Virus record (IMG/VR): IMGVR_UViG_3300019757_000164 | Span: 32,001 to 96,000 of that record | Length of the DNA: 64,000 bases | Strand: one strand, 5' to 3' | DNA from: a virus | Shown here: in pieces, positions 46,328 to 57,159 of the stretch | How positions within the stretch are numbered: position 1 is the stretch's first letter | Layout of the letters: the number at the start of each line of letters is the position of its first letter | Notes under the pieces: model-generated | The model's database searches: none | What the model saw: the letters and a program-made list of their open reading frames with translations, nothing else | Told to the model about the DNA's origin: nothing | Position numbers and translations under genes: made by a program

Positions 46328-48958
46328 TTGGCGTTAAATAAACAAATACATCTATATGGTGTTGGGACAGACTATTTTTATAATAAAAAAGAAGAAAAGA
46401 TAAATATCAAATTAAACAAACTTAGAATAACAAAAAAATATTGGGTTGAAAAAATAATAATCATAAAAAATCTAAGCAAAAGAGCGAGGGCTAAATTATC
46501 AGAAGAAGATATTGAAAATATCGAATTAAATAATGAAATATACCGGGCTAGAGTTTCTGAATTAAATCAAATTATAAAGATTTATAAAAATAAATTAATA
46601 AACAAGCTTGATAATAATAAAAAAAGAAGAAAAATGAATACAAAAAAAATCAAAAAAAGCGATATTATATCATCTTTTGATTCAACTACTACCAGAGTAA
46701 CAGGATGTGAAATAGGCGAAGTAACAGAAGACATTATAGTGATACAAACATACTATTTTCAAATAGCGGAATCAATATGGGAAAGAGGGTTTACTTGGAA
46801 TGGCGAAGAATACATCGCATATACCGCATCCGCTGGTCAGATTAGGCTTAAAAAATTTGTAGCCATTAAAAAAAGTGTTTATGACAAACATAAATTAACA
46901 TTAACGTGTGGATTAACAGAGGATATAATAAATGAAAGAGGCGGAGTTAATACTAATAAATACTTAGCATACTTGGCTTTAAACAATAGTGCAACTGATG
47001 TATGGGAAGATTTTAATATTGATAACGCTATAGTAGTTGATGACTTTGAGACTAATGTAAAAGGATTAGTCGATTTCATAGATTATGAAACGTATAAGAT
47101 AGAATCAAAAAAAGAAATGAAAATACCGATACCACATACCGACGGCATAGGAATTTACTTATCTGATAAAAATAGAATGGTAAGACTTCCTTGGATTAAG
47201 GGTTTGATGACTCCGTTTCCGTACATAAGATTTATAAATAAATTCTTAAAACAATATCCCAATGCAAGATACGTTAAAGACATATATGGCAAGGAGTATG
47301 ACATAATAGAAGACGGAATCACTGCAATATTTACCAAGTCTCAATTCAAAATGTGGAAATATTATGACAGTTGGGATCAATACAAGGAGAATTACAAGTT
47401 ATATAATTGTCATGCATCTTATTGCAACGAGGAGGTTAAAAATCCACCGACTGCTAAAATAAATTATCAAATGCTACAAACACTTACGGATGTAAATGAT
47501 TCTGAGATAGACTCAATGGTAGAGCCGACTGTAAAGAAAATTACTAATATGGGTGAAGATGTTGGTGTAATGTTAAAGGTTTTAAAATCCGATAATAATT
47601 ATCACAGAAAAAATAGTTATCAAGAAGCTTTAAATTTATACCCAGAATTACTGCAAGATCCTCATAGCAGAGAAGTTTTAAAGGCTATTAAAAAAAGCCT
47701 AGTAAAAGATGCAAGAGGAGGAAAATTATATATAGACGGGAAGTACACTTTTATTTGTCCGGATATATATGCATTTGCAGAATGGCTATTTTTAGATATA
47801 GAACATCCGAATGGATTATTAAGTGGAAATCAAGTTAGTTGTAAATTGTATAAAAGAGCAAAAAAATTAGATGTACTTAGAAGCCCATCTTTATATAGGG
47901 AACACTTCATAGGTGAAAATACTTTTAATACAGAAATAAACAAATGGCTACCAACCAATGCTATATATATGAGTTCTCATTGTTTGGCTAGCTTATTGCT
48001 CATGTATGACGTTGATGGAGATCAAAGCCTAGTTTGTGCAGAACCAACTATAACAAAAGTTGCTGAGAGAAATATGGTTGATATAGTTCCATTGTATTAT
48101 AATATGAAAAAAGCACCATCTCAACAGTTAAACAATAAAACAATATACGAAGGATTATCATTAGCTTATAGGAATACAAGCATAGGTCTATATAGCAATA
48201 ATATAACGAAAGTATGGAATAGTGATGATCCTAACTTGGATGTAGTAAAACTATTGTGCTTAGAAAGTAACTTTTCAATAGATTCCGCAAAAACATTATT
48301 TTTCATAGAAAGACCTGAGAATGAGAATAATTTAATATCGAGATACACGAAGTCTAAAGTGCCACACTTCTTCATGTATGCAAAGGATAAACCCGAATCG
48401 AATGTTGAGCCAATAAATACAGATAGTATAATGGGCAAAATAGAGGGAAAGATACCATCGGATAGGCTTACTTTCAAAAGAAACAATCTACCAACATTTG
48501 ATTATACGATGCTTATGAAAAACAAGGGTATAAAGTTGGATGATGAAATAACCCAAGTATATAAAGAACTAAATATAAAAGTTGGACATTATTCTAATAG
48601 AAGTTCAGATGATGACAATAGCCATATGTATTACATATATAATGAGGTAAGAGATACATTATTGGATATGAGAGATGACAAACATGAGGTCGTTGACGTA
48701 TTGGTAGCGTATACCTTTGGTAATAAAGCAAAATACAAGAATACACTATGGTCATGCTTTGGAGATATAATCTTACAAAATTTAAAGGTGAATATGATCA
48801 AAAAAGGATTAGATAAAACAATATGTTGTAACAGGTGTGGCGAAAGAGTTGTAAAAAAAGCACATAATCAATTATATTGCGATCGTTGTAAAGAAAAAAT
48901 ACAACTGGAACTTCAGAGAAAAAGCATGAATAAGCATAGAAAATCACTAATTTTGTGA
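46328..48958 (+). CDS. yonO: YonO-like single-subunit (double-psi beta-barrel) DNA-dependent RNA polymerase
   Basis: 876 aa; catalytic YDVDGD (DxDGD); TASAGQIR, HTDG, RLPWIKG and LRSP motifs; located upstream of the late genes as in SPbeta. Confidence 0.88.
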   Translation: MALNKQIHLYGVGTDYFYNKKEEKINIKLNKLRITKKYWVEKIIIIKNLSKRARAKLSEEDIENIELNNEIYRARVSELNQIIKIYKNKLINKLDNNKKRRKMNTKKIKKSDIISSFDSTTTRVTGCEIGEVTEDIIVIQTYYFQIAESIWERGFTWNGEEYIAYTASAGQIRLKKFVAIKKSVYDKHKLTLTCGLTEDIINERGGVNTNKYLAYLALNNSATDVWEDFNIDNAIVVDDFETNVKGLVDFIDYETYKIESKKEMKIPIPHTDGIGIYLSDKNRMVRLPWIKGLMTPFPYIRFINKFLKQYPNARYVKDIYGKEYDIIEDGITAIFTKSQFKMWKYYDSWDQYKENYKLYNCHASYCNEEVKNPPTAKINYQMLQTLTDVNDSEIDSMVEPTVKKITNMGEDVGVMLKVLKSDNNYHRKNSYQEALNLYPELLQDPHSREVLKAIKKSLVKDARGGKLYIDGKYTFICPDIYAFAEWLFLDIEHPNGLLSGNQVSCKLYKRAKKLDVLRSPSLYREHFIGENTFNTEINKWLPTNAIYMSSHCLASLLLMYDVDGDQSLVCAEPTITKVAERNMVDIVPLYYNMKKAPSQQLNNKTIYEGLSLAYRNTSIGLYSNNITKVWNSDDPNLDVVKLLCLESNFSIDSAKTLFFIERPENENNLISRYTKSKVPHFFMYAKDKPESNVEPINTDSIMGKIEGKIPSDRLTFKRNNLPTFDYTMLMKNKGIKLDDEITQVYKELNIKVGHYSNRSSDDDNSHMYYIYNEVRDTLLDMRDDKHEVVDVLVAYTFGNKAKYKNTLWSCFGDIILQNLKVNMIKKGLDKTICCNRCGERVVKKAHNQLYCDRCKEKIQLELQRKSMNKHRKSLIL

Positions 48959-49554
48959 AGTAGCTATGGAACGTAGTATTTTCAACGCTTTCATCAGTTT
49001 TATGGTTCTTGTATAAAACTACTTAACCCTTACAACCATTGCAATTGCTATATTCTTCAATAGTGTAAACCTTTAGTAAAAAAAGATAAATGCCGATAAG
49101 GAATAACACAAGATATACAAAGTGAATTGTAAGTTCCCACAAGATATAGAAATGGGGCTGAGAATGCCCCTCTCTATAAATACAACTATTTCCATAAGAG
49201 GGAGATGATGATATGTTTAATCTACAATGTAATAACTGTTTATTTGAATGCAAAAATAAGTATAATGGTGAATGTCCATATTGCGAGCACAAAGTAGATG
49301 AAATTGAGTTACAAGATATAAACTATCAAATTAAAAGATTAAATGTAGACCTTTACAAGTTCTGCAAGAGAAATAATCTGAAATATAAAATACTAAAAGA
49401 AATGCTAAAAGGTCGTAGAGAATGGAATTATAAATATCTATATAAGATTAATAATCGCTTAAACGAGGATGATTGGATTATAGAACATTTAAATAAGTAC
49501 CCAAATGGAATTAGACCGGAGGCAGTATAGCTACATATTCTTAGGAGAGGAGAA

Positions 49555-51012
49555 TTGATGGGCAAAAGTAATATAAATATAAAATATAAATGCTTGGGAG
49601 CCGGTTCTGGTAATGTAACTGGATCGGCTCACTTGTTAGAAATAAAAGTAAACAATAAATTGACTAGTATATTGTTAGATATGGGAGCAATTCAAGACGG
49701 CAAATTTTCAACAAAGCAATTGTTCGATATGAATAGGTGCGATTCAGATATGTCTGAAATTGATCATATTATTGCTTCACATGGGCACCTTGACCATATA
49801 ATGAACTTGTGTCAAGTACAAAGATTGGATTTTGATGGAAATATTTATATGACAGATATGACATTGAAGTTGTGTGAGCATATAACAGAAGATGGAATTA
49901 AGATACATGATAAAACTGTCGAGTATTTGAGTAAATCTGTTAAAAAAGGAAATATAACTCCGTATATGAATATGAGAAGTAGAGATTATTTCTTATCAAG
50001 AGTTAGAGCTTACGGCTATGAAAAATGGATAGTTATAAATGACAATATAAAATTTAAATTTATGGCATCTGGTCATATTAGTGGGAGTTCTATGATTTAT
50101 TTAGAAGTACAAGATGGATATGAAAAGCAGACAATATTATATACTGGTGACACATCATGCAATAGAGAAATTCCATTTACAATGAAGCCATCAATCAAAG
50201 GTATGAAAATTAATCATTTAATAACTGAATCAACCTACTCTCATGTACATATAGAACAAAGAACAGAAGATGTAATTGTAGAAGATTTGCATAGACTAAT
50301 AAAATCTACTTGTATAGAGAAGAAAGGCGATTTACTAATTCCTTCTTTTGCAATGGCGAGAAGCACGAATCTGGCTTACTACTTAAAGAAAACCTATGAG
50401 AAATATCCAGAGCTAAATCCTATTCAGATTTATATGGCTAGTCCGCTAATGAATAAGTGTCACAACACACTCGGTTCAGACAGTGATTTCTATGACGAAA
50501 AGTGGAAAGATGAAATGGATTTATTTGAGTGGGGTAAGATATCACAATTATCCGAATTTAAAGATGTTATGGCAGTATCTAGAAGAAGTGAACCTAAAGT
50601 ATGGATTTCCAGTTCGGGAATGGCTGATAAAGGCATCAATTCTTACTTAGTTTCTGAGATAGTCAAGTCTAGAAAGAATACTATTGTATTTGTTGGATAT
50701 TGTGCAGAAGGAACTACAGGTAGGAAGTTAATTGAAGGCAAACAGAAAACGATTACTTCTAATATAGATGGTGAAAAGAAAACTGTAGCCATTAGAGCGA
50801 GAGTTGAAAATCTAACTGGTATGTCAAGTCATGCAAGTGGTAAAGAAATCGTTGAAACACTAGAGACCGCTGAAAAGAAAAAGTTAAAAACAGTAATAGC
50901 TGTACACGGTGATAAAGATAGAACAGAATCAATGTGTGAGCTATTTCAAAATAAATACAAGCAAAATTTAAATACATATGCTCCAAGGATTGGACAGAGT
51001 ATAAAATTATAG
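49555..51012 (+). CDS. metallo-beta-lactamase / beta-CASP family nuclease
   Basis: SHGHLDH, SGHISGS, YTGD, ESTY, PSFAMAR, SSSGM, SSHA and VHGD motifs. Confidence 0.9.
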   Translation: MMGKSNINIKYKCLGAGSGNVTGSAHLLEIKVNNKLTSILLDMGAIQDGKFSTKQLFDMNRCDSDMSEIDHIIASHGHLDHIMNLCQVQRLDFDGNIYMTDMTLKLCEHITEDGIKIHDKTVEYLSKSVKKGNITPYMNMRSRDYFLSRVRAYGYEKWIVINDNIKFKFMASGHISGSSMIYLEVQDGYEKQTILYTGDTSCNREIPFTMKPSIKGMKINHLITESTYSHVHIEQRTEDVIVEDLHRLIKSTCIEKKGDLLIPSFAMARSTNLAYYLKKTYEKYPELNPIQIYMASPLMNKCHNTLGSDSDFYDEKWKDEMDLFEWGKISQLSEFKDVMAVSRRSEPKVWISSSGMADKGINSYLVSEIVKSRKNTIVFVGYCAEGTTGRKLIEGKQKTITSNIDGEKKTVAIRARVENLTGMSSHASGKEIVETLETAEKKKLKTVIAVHGDKDRTESMCELFQNKYKQNLNTYAPRIGQSIKL

Positions 51013-51043
51013 GATGTAACATAATATTGAAGGGAGAGCAATA

Positions 51044-52339
51044 TTGAGTAATTTGGATACAAAGAAAAAGCCTAATGAGTCCTACGAGGATTACTGTGAT
51101 AGAATGTATAGGATGCAAGGAGCACTTGGTCATACAAATGATGTAATGGGCTATATAATCAATCAGAACGTTGATGAAAAAGAAGTTAAAGACGAATCTG
51201 CTCACAGAAAATCAGCAAGGATAAGGATTAAAGCATTTGACAGAGGATATGAAGAAGGTTTAAAATGTGTTAGAGATGATTATAGTGTAAGAGGACTAGA
51301 TTCTCTTATTCCAAAAACTCATCTTGAAAAAATGCAAGAAATGGTTGGAGAATATGGGATCAAGAAAAGAGATATGCAACTAGAAAGATTGGAATTGGCT
51401 AGGCTTTATAGGGAAGTTACTCCGGTTTTATTATTTGCAGAACAATACTCTTTAGTTATAAAAGAGAACCTTGAATTTGTCATACCAGAAGAATTATTCG
51501 ACATTCCTTACGAAGAAATTGTAGGAGAATCTGTTATTAAAGGTTGTCCAGCGGACTGGCATACTGGTGTATTAATTGATGAAGAATATAATTACCATAA
51601 TCATAAGAAAGCTGAAGAGAAAATAGATTATTATGCGGATAAATTGATGGAATATGCTAAAATGTTTAACGCTAAGATGATTGATATTACACACCTTGGT
51701 GATATCATAGAACATTTCGACATGAGAAATCAACAAAAGTGGAATTGTGAGTTTGCTACAGACAAGCAATTGGTTGAAGGTGAAAACCTTACGTGGAGAC
51801 TTGTAATCAGACTTATGAAAAACGGATTTAAAGTTAGACTAGGTGGAATATATGGAAACCATGATCGGATCACTGGATCTAAACATGATGCGGTAGAAAA
51901 CAACACTGCAATGTATGTTATTATTCAAAATATGAAGAATAGTGTAACTAGAGGAATAGAGCTATACGGAAAAGAACTTCATTTATTAGAATTTGCTGAC
52001 CAACCGGAAGATTACGAGCATCAAGTTGATGAAATCTATGGAAATAGAATCAGATATCAACATGGTCACAACGATGCTAAGAATGATGAGAGAAAAATTG
52101 AGAAGTACAACGGAGTCGATGATGACTCTTATGATATTTTAGTATTTGGTCACTTACATCACGGTAGAGTAATTCATAAGAATAGAAATGAAATGGAAAT
52201 CTATGGAGGAACGCTCCAAGGCTCAAATTCATATGGTAAAAATAAGGTTAAATCAACAGCAGATGCATCTCAGTTAATAATTGTATTTAGAGATAACGGT
52301 GATGTATTGCCATTTGAAGTAAATCTACAACATATTTAG
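51044..52339 (+). CDS. calcineurin-like metallophosphoesterase (YonJ-like position)
   Basis: DWH, LGD, GNHD, HGH and GHLH motifs. Confidence 0.85.
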   Translation: MSNLDTKKKPNESYEDYCDRMYRMQGALGHTNDVMGYIINQNVDEKEVKDESAHRKSARIRIKAFDRGYEEGLKCVRDDYSVRGLDSLIPKTHLEKMQEMVGEYGIKKRDMQLERLELARLYREVTPVLLFAEQYSLVIKENLEFVIPEELFDIPYEEIVGESVIKGCPADWHTGVLIDEEYNYHNHKKAEEKIDYYADKLMEYAKMFNAKMIDITHLGDIIEHFDMRNQQKWNCEFATDKQLVEGENLTWRLVIRLMKNGFKVRLGGIYGNHDRITGSKHDAVENNTAMYVIIQNMKNSVTRGIELYGKELHLLEFADQPEDYEHQVDEIYGNRIRYQHGHNDAKNDERKIEKYNGVDDDSYDILVFGHLHHGRVIHKNRNEMEIYGGTLQGSNSYGKNKVKSTADASQLIIVFRDNGDVLPFEVNLQHI

Positions 52340-52360
52340 ACACAAGAAGGGAGAGACACT

Positions 52361-52972
52361 ATGAATAATTTTACTAGAAATACTGGGACATTGGATATCA
52401 ATGAGCTTGTGTCACAATTGAAAGAATCGGCTAATCCGGTTATGTATCAATACTTTAAAAATTTAGATGAGGGAAATCTGTTAATTAGTGGTGAAATTGA
52501 TGATTTAACTATTGAATACTTCATTATGCCATTAATGCAATTGGATGCTGATCCTAATGTAGAAGAAATTACTATCTACTTGAATTCACCGGGCGGTTCT
52601 ATCTTTACGGGAATGACCCTATGTGAGGCTATTGAGAGATTAAAAACTCCTACAAAGGTAGTATTACTCTCATATGCTTATTCAATGGGAGGATATATCT
52701 TAATGTCTGGATTCAGTAATCCTAATGTTAAGAGGGTGTGTTATCCATTTAGTACAGGCTTAATTCATCAAGGTAGTACTAGATTAGGTGGAAATAGTAA
52801 TGACGTAGAAGATACATATGAGTTTTATAAGAAATACAATGAGAAAATGAATCAATATATTTTAGACCATAGCAATATTCCAAGCGATGTATTGGATAAG
52901 CACAAAAGATTCGAGTGGTATTTAACTGCTGATGAAATGCTTGAGTATGGTTTAGTAGATGAGATTATTTAA
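52361..52972 (+). CDS. clpP: ClpP-family protease subunit
   Basis: YLNSPGGS, AYSMGG (catalytic S), LIHQ (H), WYLTADE..EYGLVDEI. Confidence 0.88.
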   Translation: MNNFTRNTGTLDINELVSQLKESANPVMYQYFKNLDEGNLLISGEIDDLTIEYFIMPLMQLDADPNVEEITIYLNSPGGSIFTGMTLCEAIERLKTPTKVVLLSYAYSMGGYILMSGFSNPNVKRVCYPFSTGLIHQGSTRLGGNSNDVEDTYEFYKKYNEKMNQYILDHSNIPSDVLDKHKRFEWYLTADEMLEYGLVDEII

Positions 52973-52973
52973 A

Positions 52974-53000
52974 CGGGTAGGGATTAATTTCCCTACTTTA
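52974..53000 (+). terminator. intrinsic terminator after clpP
   Basis: GTAGGGA-TTAATT-TCCCTAC followed by a T-rich tract. Confidence 0.7.
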
Positions 53001-53200
53001 TTTATATTTTAGAACAAGTCTATCACGGACAATATGGAGAGCTTAATATCGACCTCTCCCTCGATTTAGCTTTCTTAGTGTGATAGGCTTATTTTAGGAT
53101 ATAAATTAATGTGGGATAGGGAGTGCAACCTGATAAAGTTAGACCATCCATCTAACTTTCCCACATTTTATACAATGGATATAATATCGGGAGGTATTTA

Positions 53201-54094
53201 ATGTTAGTTAGTAAAACAGTAGAAACAAAGTGGAATAGCAGAAATAAGAAAAAATTTGTTGAACTTGGATATGAATATACCAAGATGGGAGATATCTTTT
53301 ATACATCAATCGAAGATACATCAAAAACAAATAAAAATTACATAAAATATAAATGTGATTTTTGCGGAGAAATAAACAGTAAAATGTTCGGAGAATATCT
53401 ACAGCAAAGGAAGATAACTCCTATGGATTGTTGTAATGATATTGACTGCAAAAATAAAAAACTTGAAATGTCAGTGTTAAAAAAATATGGAGAAACTAAC
53501 ATAAGTAAGACTGATTATTTTAAAGAAGCATATAAAGCCAAGATGAATCAAAATTATGGAGTGGATAACTATTTTGAGTTGCTAGACCATACAGGATCTA
53601 ATAATCACGAATGGAAAGATACCAATTACACCTGCACAAATTGTGGAAAAGTGGAGCACAGAAAAGAGAGTCATATAAATAAGAATGGGAATAATTTTTG
53701 TTCTATGGAGTGTAAGGCTGAATTCTATACAGGAGAAAAAGTCGAGGATTATAAATATCCACGAAGCACGAAACTATACAGGGAGTGGAAGGATTCTGTA
53801 CACAAAAAATACCATAATAAATGTTTCATCTGTGGTTCACAAATAGATATCAGGGCACATCATTTAGAAGGGATGTCTATAAATTCTAGTCTGGCATTTT
53901 CTGTGAATAACGGAATTACGCTATGTGACAATCACCATAATCCATCAGAAAAGGGGTCTTTTCATAATTTATATGGAACATACAAAAATACAAAAGAACA
54001 ATTTATAGAATATTGCGGAAAATACCATAGTATAAACTACGAAGAAAAGATTAAGAAGTTAAAACTAGAAGGGAGAGAATATGGCAACAGCTAA
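53201..54094 (+). CDS. HNH endonuclease with zinc-binding repeats
   Basis: CFICG....RAHH......NNGITLCDNHH...FHNLYG. Confidence 0.85.
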   Translation: MLVSKTVETKWNSRNKKKFVELGYEYTKMGDIFYTSIEDTSKTNKNYIKYKCDFCGEINSKMFGEYLQQRKITPMDCCNDIDCKNKKLEMSVLKKYGETNISKTDYFKEAYKAKMNQNYGVDNYFELLDHTGSNNHEWKDTNYTCTNCGKVEHRKESHINKNGNNFCSMECKAEFYTGEKVEDYKYPRSTKLYREWKDSVHKKYHNKCFICGSQIDIRAHHLEGMSINSSLAFSVNNGITLCDNHHNPSEKGSFHNLYGTYKNTKEQFIEYCGKYHSINYEEKIKKLKLEGREYGNS

Positions 54095-55316
54095 AGAAAA
54101 ACAAGCAGACAAACAAATAGCAGAAGCTTTAGATTTTCTTTCTGAGCAAGGCTATAATATACCAAAACGAGGTAGAAAAACTGCCACAGATATTAAAAGA
54201 GAAATAAAAGCATCAAAAGCTACACTCGAAAAATATAATTACAAAGTACAAGGTGAGAATGAATACACTTGTACAGACTGTGGTAAATCGCTTAGTATTA
54301 AAGAAAACAATTTTTATATGTCACAATCAAGAATGTATAGTGGAGTGGGTCTAATCTCAGTATGTAAGAAGTGTCTAGAGAGATATTTTAATGACTATAT
54401 GATAGTTAACAATGGAGACGTAAAGTTATCATTCTATATGTTGTGCAGAGAGGTTAATGCCGTATTTGCACTATCTGCTGTAGACATGGCTATTAGTAGT
54501 AAAAACTCTACATTCAAAACATACTTTCAAAAGATAAATAGCTTGAAGCAATACCAAGGCATGAGTTTTAAAGATAGCGATCCATTTGACTCAACCACTG
54601 CTGAAGTAAAAGAACAGAGAGAGGTTGAATCTGGAAAGCTAAAATTAAGCAAAGAAGAGAGACAGGCTAAAAAAGAGGTAGTTGAAGCAATAGGAAGAGA
54701 TCCTTTTGTTGATTTGCCAGTTTCTGATCAAAAACTATTGTATCCAGAACTTCTAGAGCATATAGATGAGGATGTTCAAGAGAATCCATTTTTGGTTAGC
54801 CAGATAGTACAAGTTGTTTTAAATAACAATACTATATCCAAGCTAAATCAAATGTTGTCAAGGTTAGCAACAGATGTAACAGAGGCACATAAAAATGACG
54901 ATAAAATTAGAAATTTGATAAACAACATAAAGAATTTATCAAGCGCTACAACTTCAATAGCAAAAGAAAATGGAATCGCAAAAAAGGGTGGAGAAGGAAA
55001 GAAGCGGTCTACTTTGACGGGTATGATGTTATACTACAGAGACTTAGATTTAGACGAGATAGAAGTAGATTATTATGATCAAGTTGGCTCAATCGGCATG
55101 GAAAGAGTGCAAAAGATGTCGATGAAAGCTATATTTGACCAAGGGTTATTTAATGATAATGATTTGCAAGAAATGTTAAGTCATAGTAGAAAGTTAGTTG
55201 AATCACTTGAAAAAGAAAAAAATAAATTAGAAGAAGAAAACAGGAAACTAAAAGTTATCCTAACAAATAATAAGATAGACTATAAGGTTGGTGATGTTGA
55301 TGCATCCACAAGCTAA
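54081..55316 (+). CDS. SPbeta YonG-like protein / putative terminase small subunit
   Basis: CTDCG...FY.S......VCKKC zinc motif; overlaps the start of the large terminase gene; assignment rests on synteny. Confidence 0.55.
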   Translation: MATAKEKQADKQIAEALDFLSEQGYNIPKRGRKTATDIKREIKASKATLEKYNYKVQGENEYTCTDCGKSLSIKENNFYMSQSRMYSGVGLISVCKKCLERYFNDYMIVNNGDVKLSFYMLCREVNAVFALSAVDMAISSKNSTFKTYFQKINSLKQYQGMSFKDSDPFDSTTAEVKEQREVESGKLKLSKEERQAKKEVVEAIGRDPFVDLPVSDQKLLYPELLEHIDEDVQENPFLVSQIVQVVLNNNTISKLNQMLSRLATDVTEAHKNDDKIRNLINNIKNLSSATTSIAKENGIAKKGGEGKKRSTLTGMMLYYRDLDLDEIEVDYYDQVGSIGMERVQKMSMKAIFDQGLFNDNDLQEMLSHSRKLVESLEKEKNKLEEENRKLKVILTNNKIDYKVGDVDASTS

Positions 55317-57144
55317 TAAATTTGTAAACCAATCATCAAAAAAGAAAGTTTTTCTAACAGAAAGAAAAAGAATAGTATACAAAGGCAATGCAAAGTTCAT
55401 AAAGTTTCTCAGAAGAAATCCTGTAATAGCGTGTGAGTTGTTGCTAGGTATTAGATTAATGGATTCACAGAAATTAATTTTGCAAAAAACTTGGAACACG
55501 AAATACAATGTATGGGCGTGTACTCGTAACTTTGGGAAAAGTTTCCTATTGGATGTTATAGCAATGCTCAAAATGTTGTTGTATCCAAACCTTTCTATAT
55601 ACTTGGTTTCAAGTAAAGGTAATCAGGCAATTGAGAGCTTCCTCAAGTTGGAAGATATTGCCAAACAAAGAATAGAATCAATACCTTCTTTGAAGGATAT
55701 TTTTATGACAGAGGTTGTATCGTCATCGAATTCTGATGGATTTGTACATGATAAGGGATCACATAAGGTAGGTCTTATTAACAATTCAACTATTTATACA
55801 TTAAACTCAGTTCCAGATAACGTCAGGGGTAAAAGAAGCCAACTTGTCCTCATTGATGAGGCGGGGTTTACGGACGAAGAACTGATAAACGTTGTAATTC
55901 CATTTATATCACAAAAGACTGACTTCAAATTATCAACAGAAGAAAGCTTTGACCAAGAGTTACTCAGAAAACAAGTTCCATCTCAAATAATATTTTCTTC
56001 ATCAGCATCGGAAGTTGATCATAAGTTTGCAAGAACCTACAAGGAGTATGCAATAAAGATGATAGCAGGAGATAGCAATTATGCTGTATTTGATATACCA
56101 TGTGATGTACCATTAGCGCCTATGGTTGATAGCAAGCCAGCACCGCCACTACTTGAACAAGGTGAAATAGACGATATGCTTAAAATGAACTATGATAAAG
56201 CCATGCGCGAGTACTTCAATAAATTTCAAAAATCAGGCGGAATAGAACAAATGATAAAACTTAGTCAAGTAAGAAAGGCTGAGAAGTTTGTTAGACCAAT
56301 GTTATTCTCAAACTCAAAAGGGGAACGGTTCATAATTGCAATGGATTCTGCACTACAAAGTGATAATTCAATCATAATGGTTATGCAAATTCTTTATGAT
56401 GAAATGAGAGGGTATTACGGAAGAATAGTTAACTGTATCAATTTGAATGACACGGAGAAAAAAGGTAATATACAATTAAACTCAGAAGTACAGATGAAGA
56501 GACTAAAACAAACGATACTAGATTATAATATAGATGAAAAAGACTATGAAAAAATTGATCGTCTAATGGTTGATATTGGTCACGCTGGTATGCAGGTTTT
56601 CTTAGACTTGATGCTTGCTGACTGGTATGATGATGATGGAATAAAACATAAGGGATTTATTGACTCCACTCATCCAAGATGGGAAACTGAGAAAAGAAAT
56701 CATCCTAATGCGTGGGATAACGTCGATGCAGTTAGTCCATCTAAATATAAAAGGAGTATGTGTGAAGACTTATTTGAGCTAATGAGAATGAATTTGATTG
56801 AGTTTCCTCAAGAATATGATCACAAAGGTCATATATTTGATGAGATAGATGGCGAAGTTAAAAGAATAGAGCTAACACAAGAAGAAGAACTTGCTTTGGC
56901 GAATATAGATATACTAAAAACAGAAATGACATCAATTCATAAACTAGGAACTAGAGATAACCCTAAATATGAATTGCCGAAAAATAAAGTTAGACGTATA
57001 CACGATGATAGATTCTACTGTCTCATAATGTTGGCTAAGAGATTGGCTGAAATAAGAAGAAAAGATGAATTATCAAAATCAAGATCAAAGAAAAAATTCA
57101 ACATAAACAACGCACAATCATGTGTTACATCGATATCACTCTAA
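55288..57144 (+). CDS. terL: terminase large subunit
   Basis: Walker A TRNFGKS, RGKR, Walker B LIDEAG; RNase H-like AMDSA and HDDRFY. Confidence 0.92.
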   Translation: MVMLMHPQANKFVNQSSKKKVFLTERKRIVYKGNAKFIKFLRRNPVIACELLLGIRLMDSQKLILQKTWNTKYNVWACTRNFGKSFLLDVIAMLKMLLYPNLSIYLVSSKGNQAIESFLKLEDIAKQRIESIPSLKDIFMTEVVSSSNSDGFVHDKGSHKVGLINNSTIYTLNSVPDNVRGKRSQLVLIDEAGFTDEELINVVIPFISQKTDFKLSTEESFDQELLRKQVPSQIIFSSSASEVDHKFARTYKEYAIKMIAGDSNYAVFDIPCDVPLAPMVDSKPAPPLLEQGEIDDMLKMNYDKAMREYFNKFQKSGGIEQMIKLSQVRKAEKFVRPMLFSNSKGERFIIAMDSALQSDNSIIMVMQILYDEMRGYYGRIVNCINLNDTEKKGNIQLNSEVQMKRLKQTILDYNIDEKDYEKIDRLMVDIGHAGMQVFLDLMLADWYDDDGIKHKGFIDSTHPRWETEKRNHPNAWDNVDAVSPSKYKRSMCEDLFELMRMNLIEFPQEYDHKGHIFDEIDGEVKRIELTQEEELALANIDILKTEMTSIHKLGTRDNPKYELPKNKVRRIHDDRFYCLIMLAKRLAEIRRKDELSKSRSKKKFNINNAQSCVTSISL

Positions 57145-57159
57145 AGAAAGGAGGTAGAA

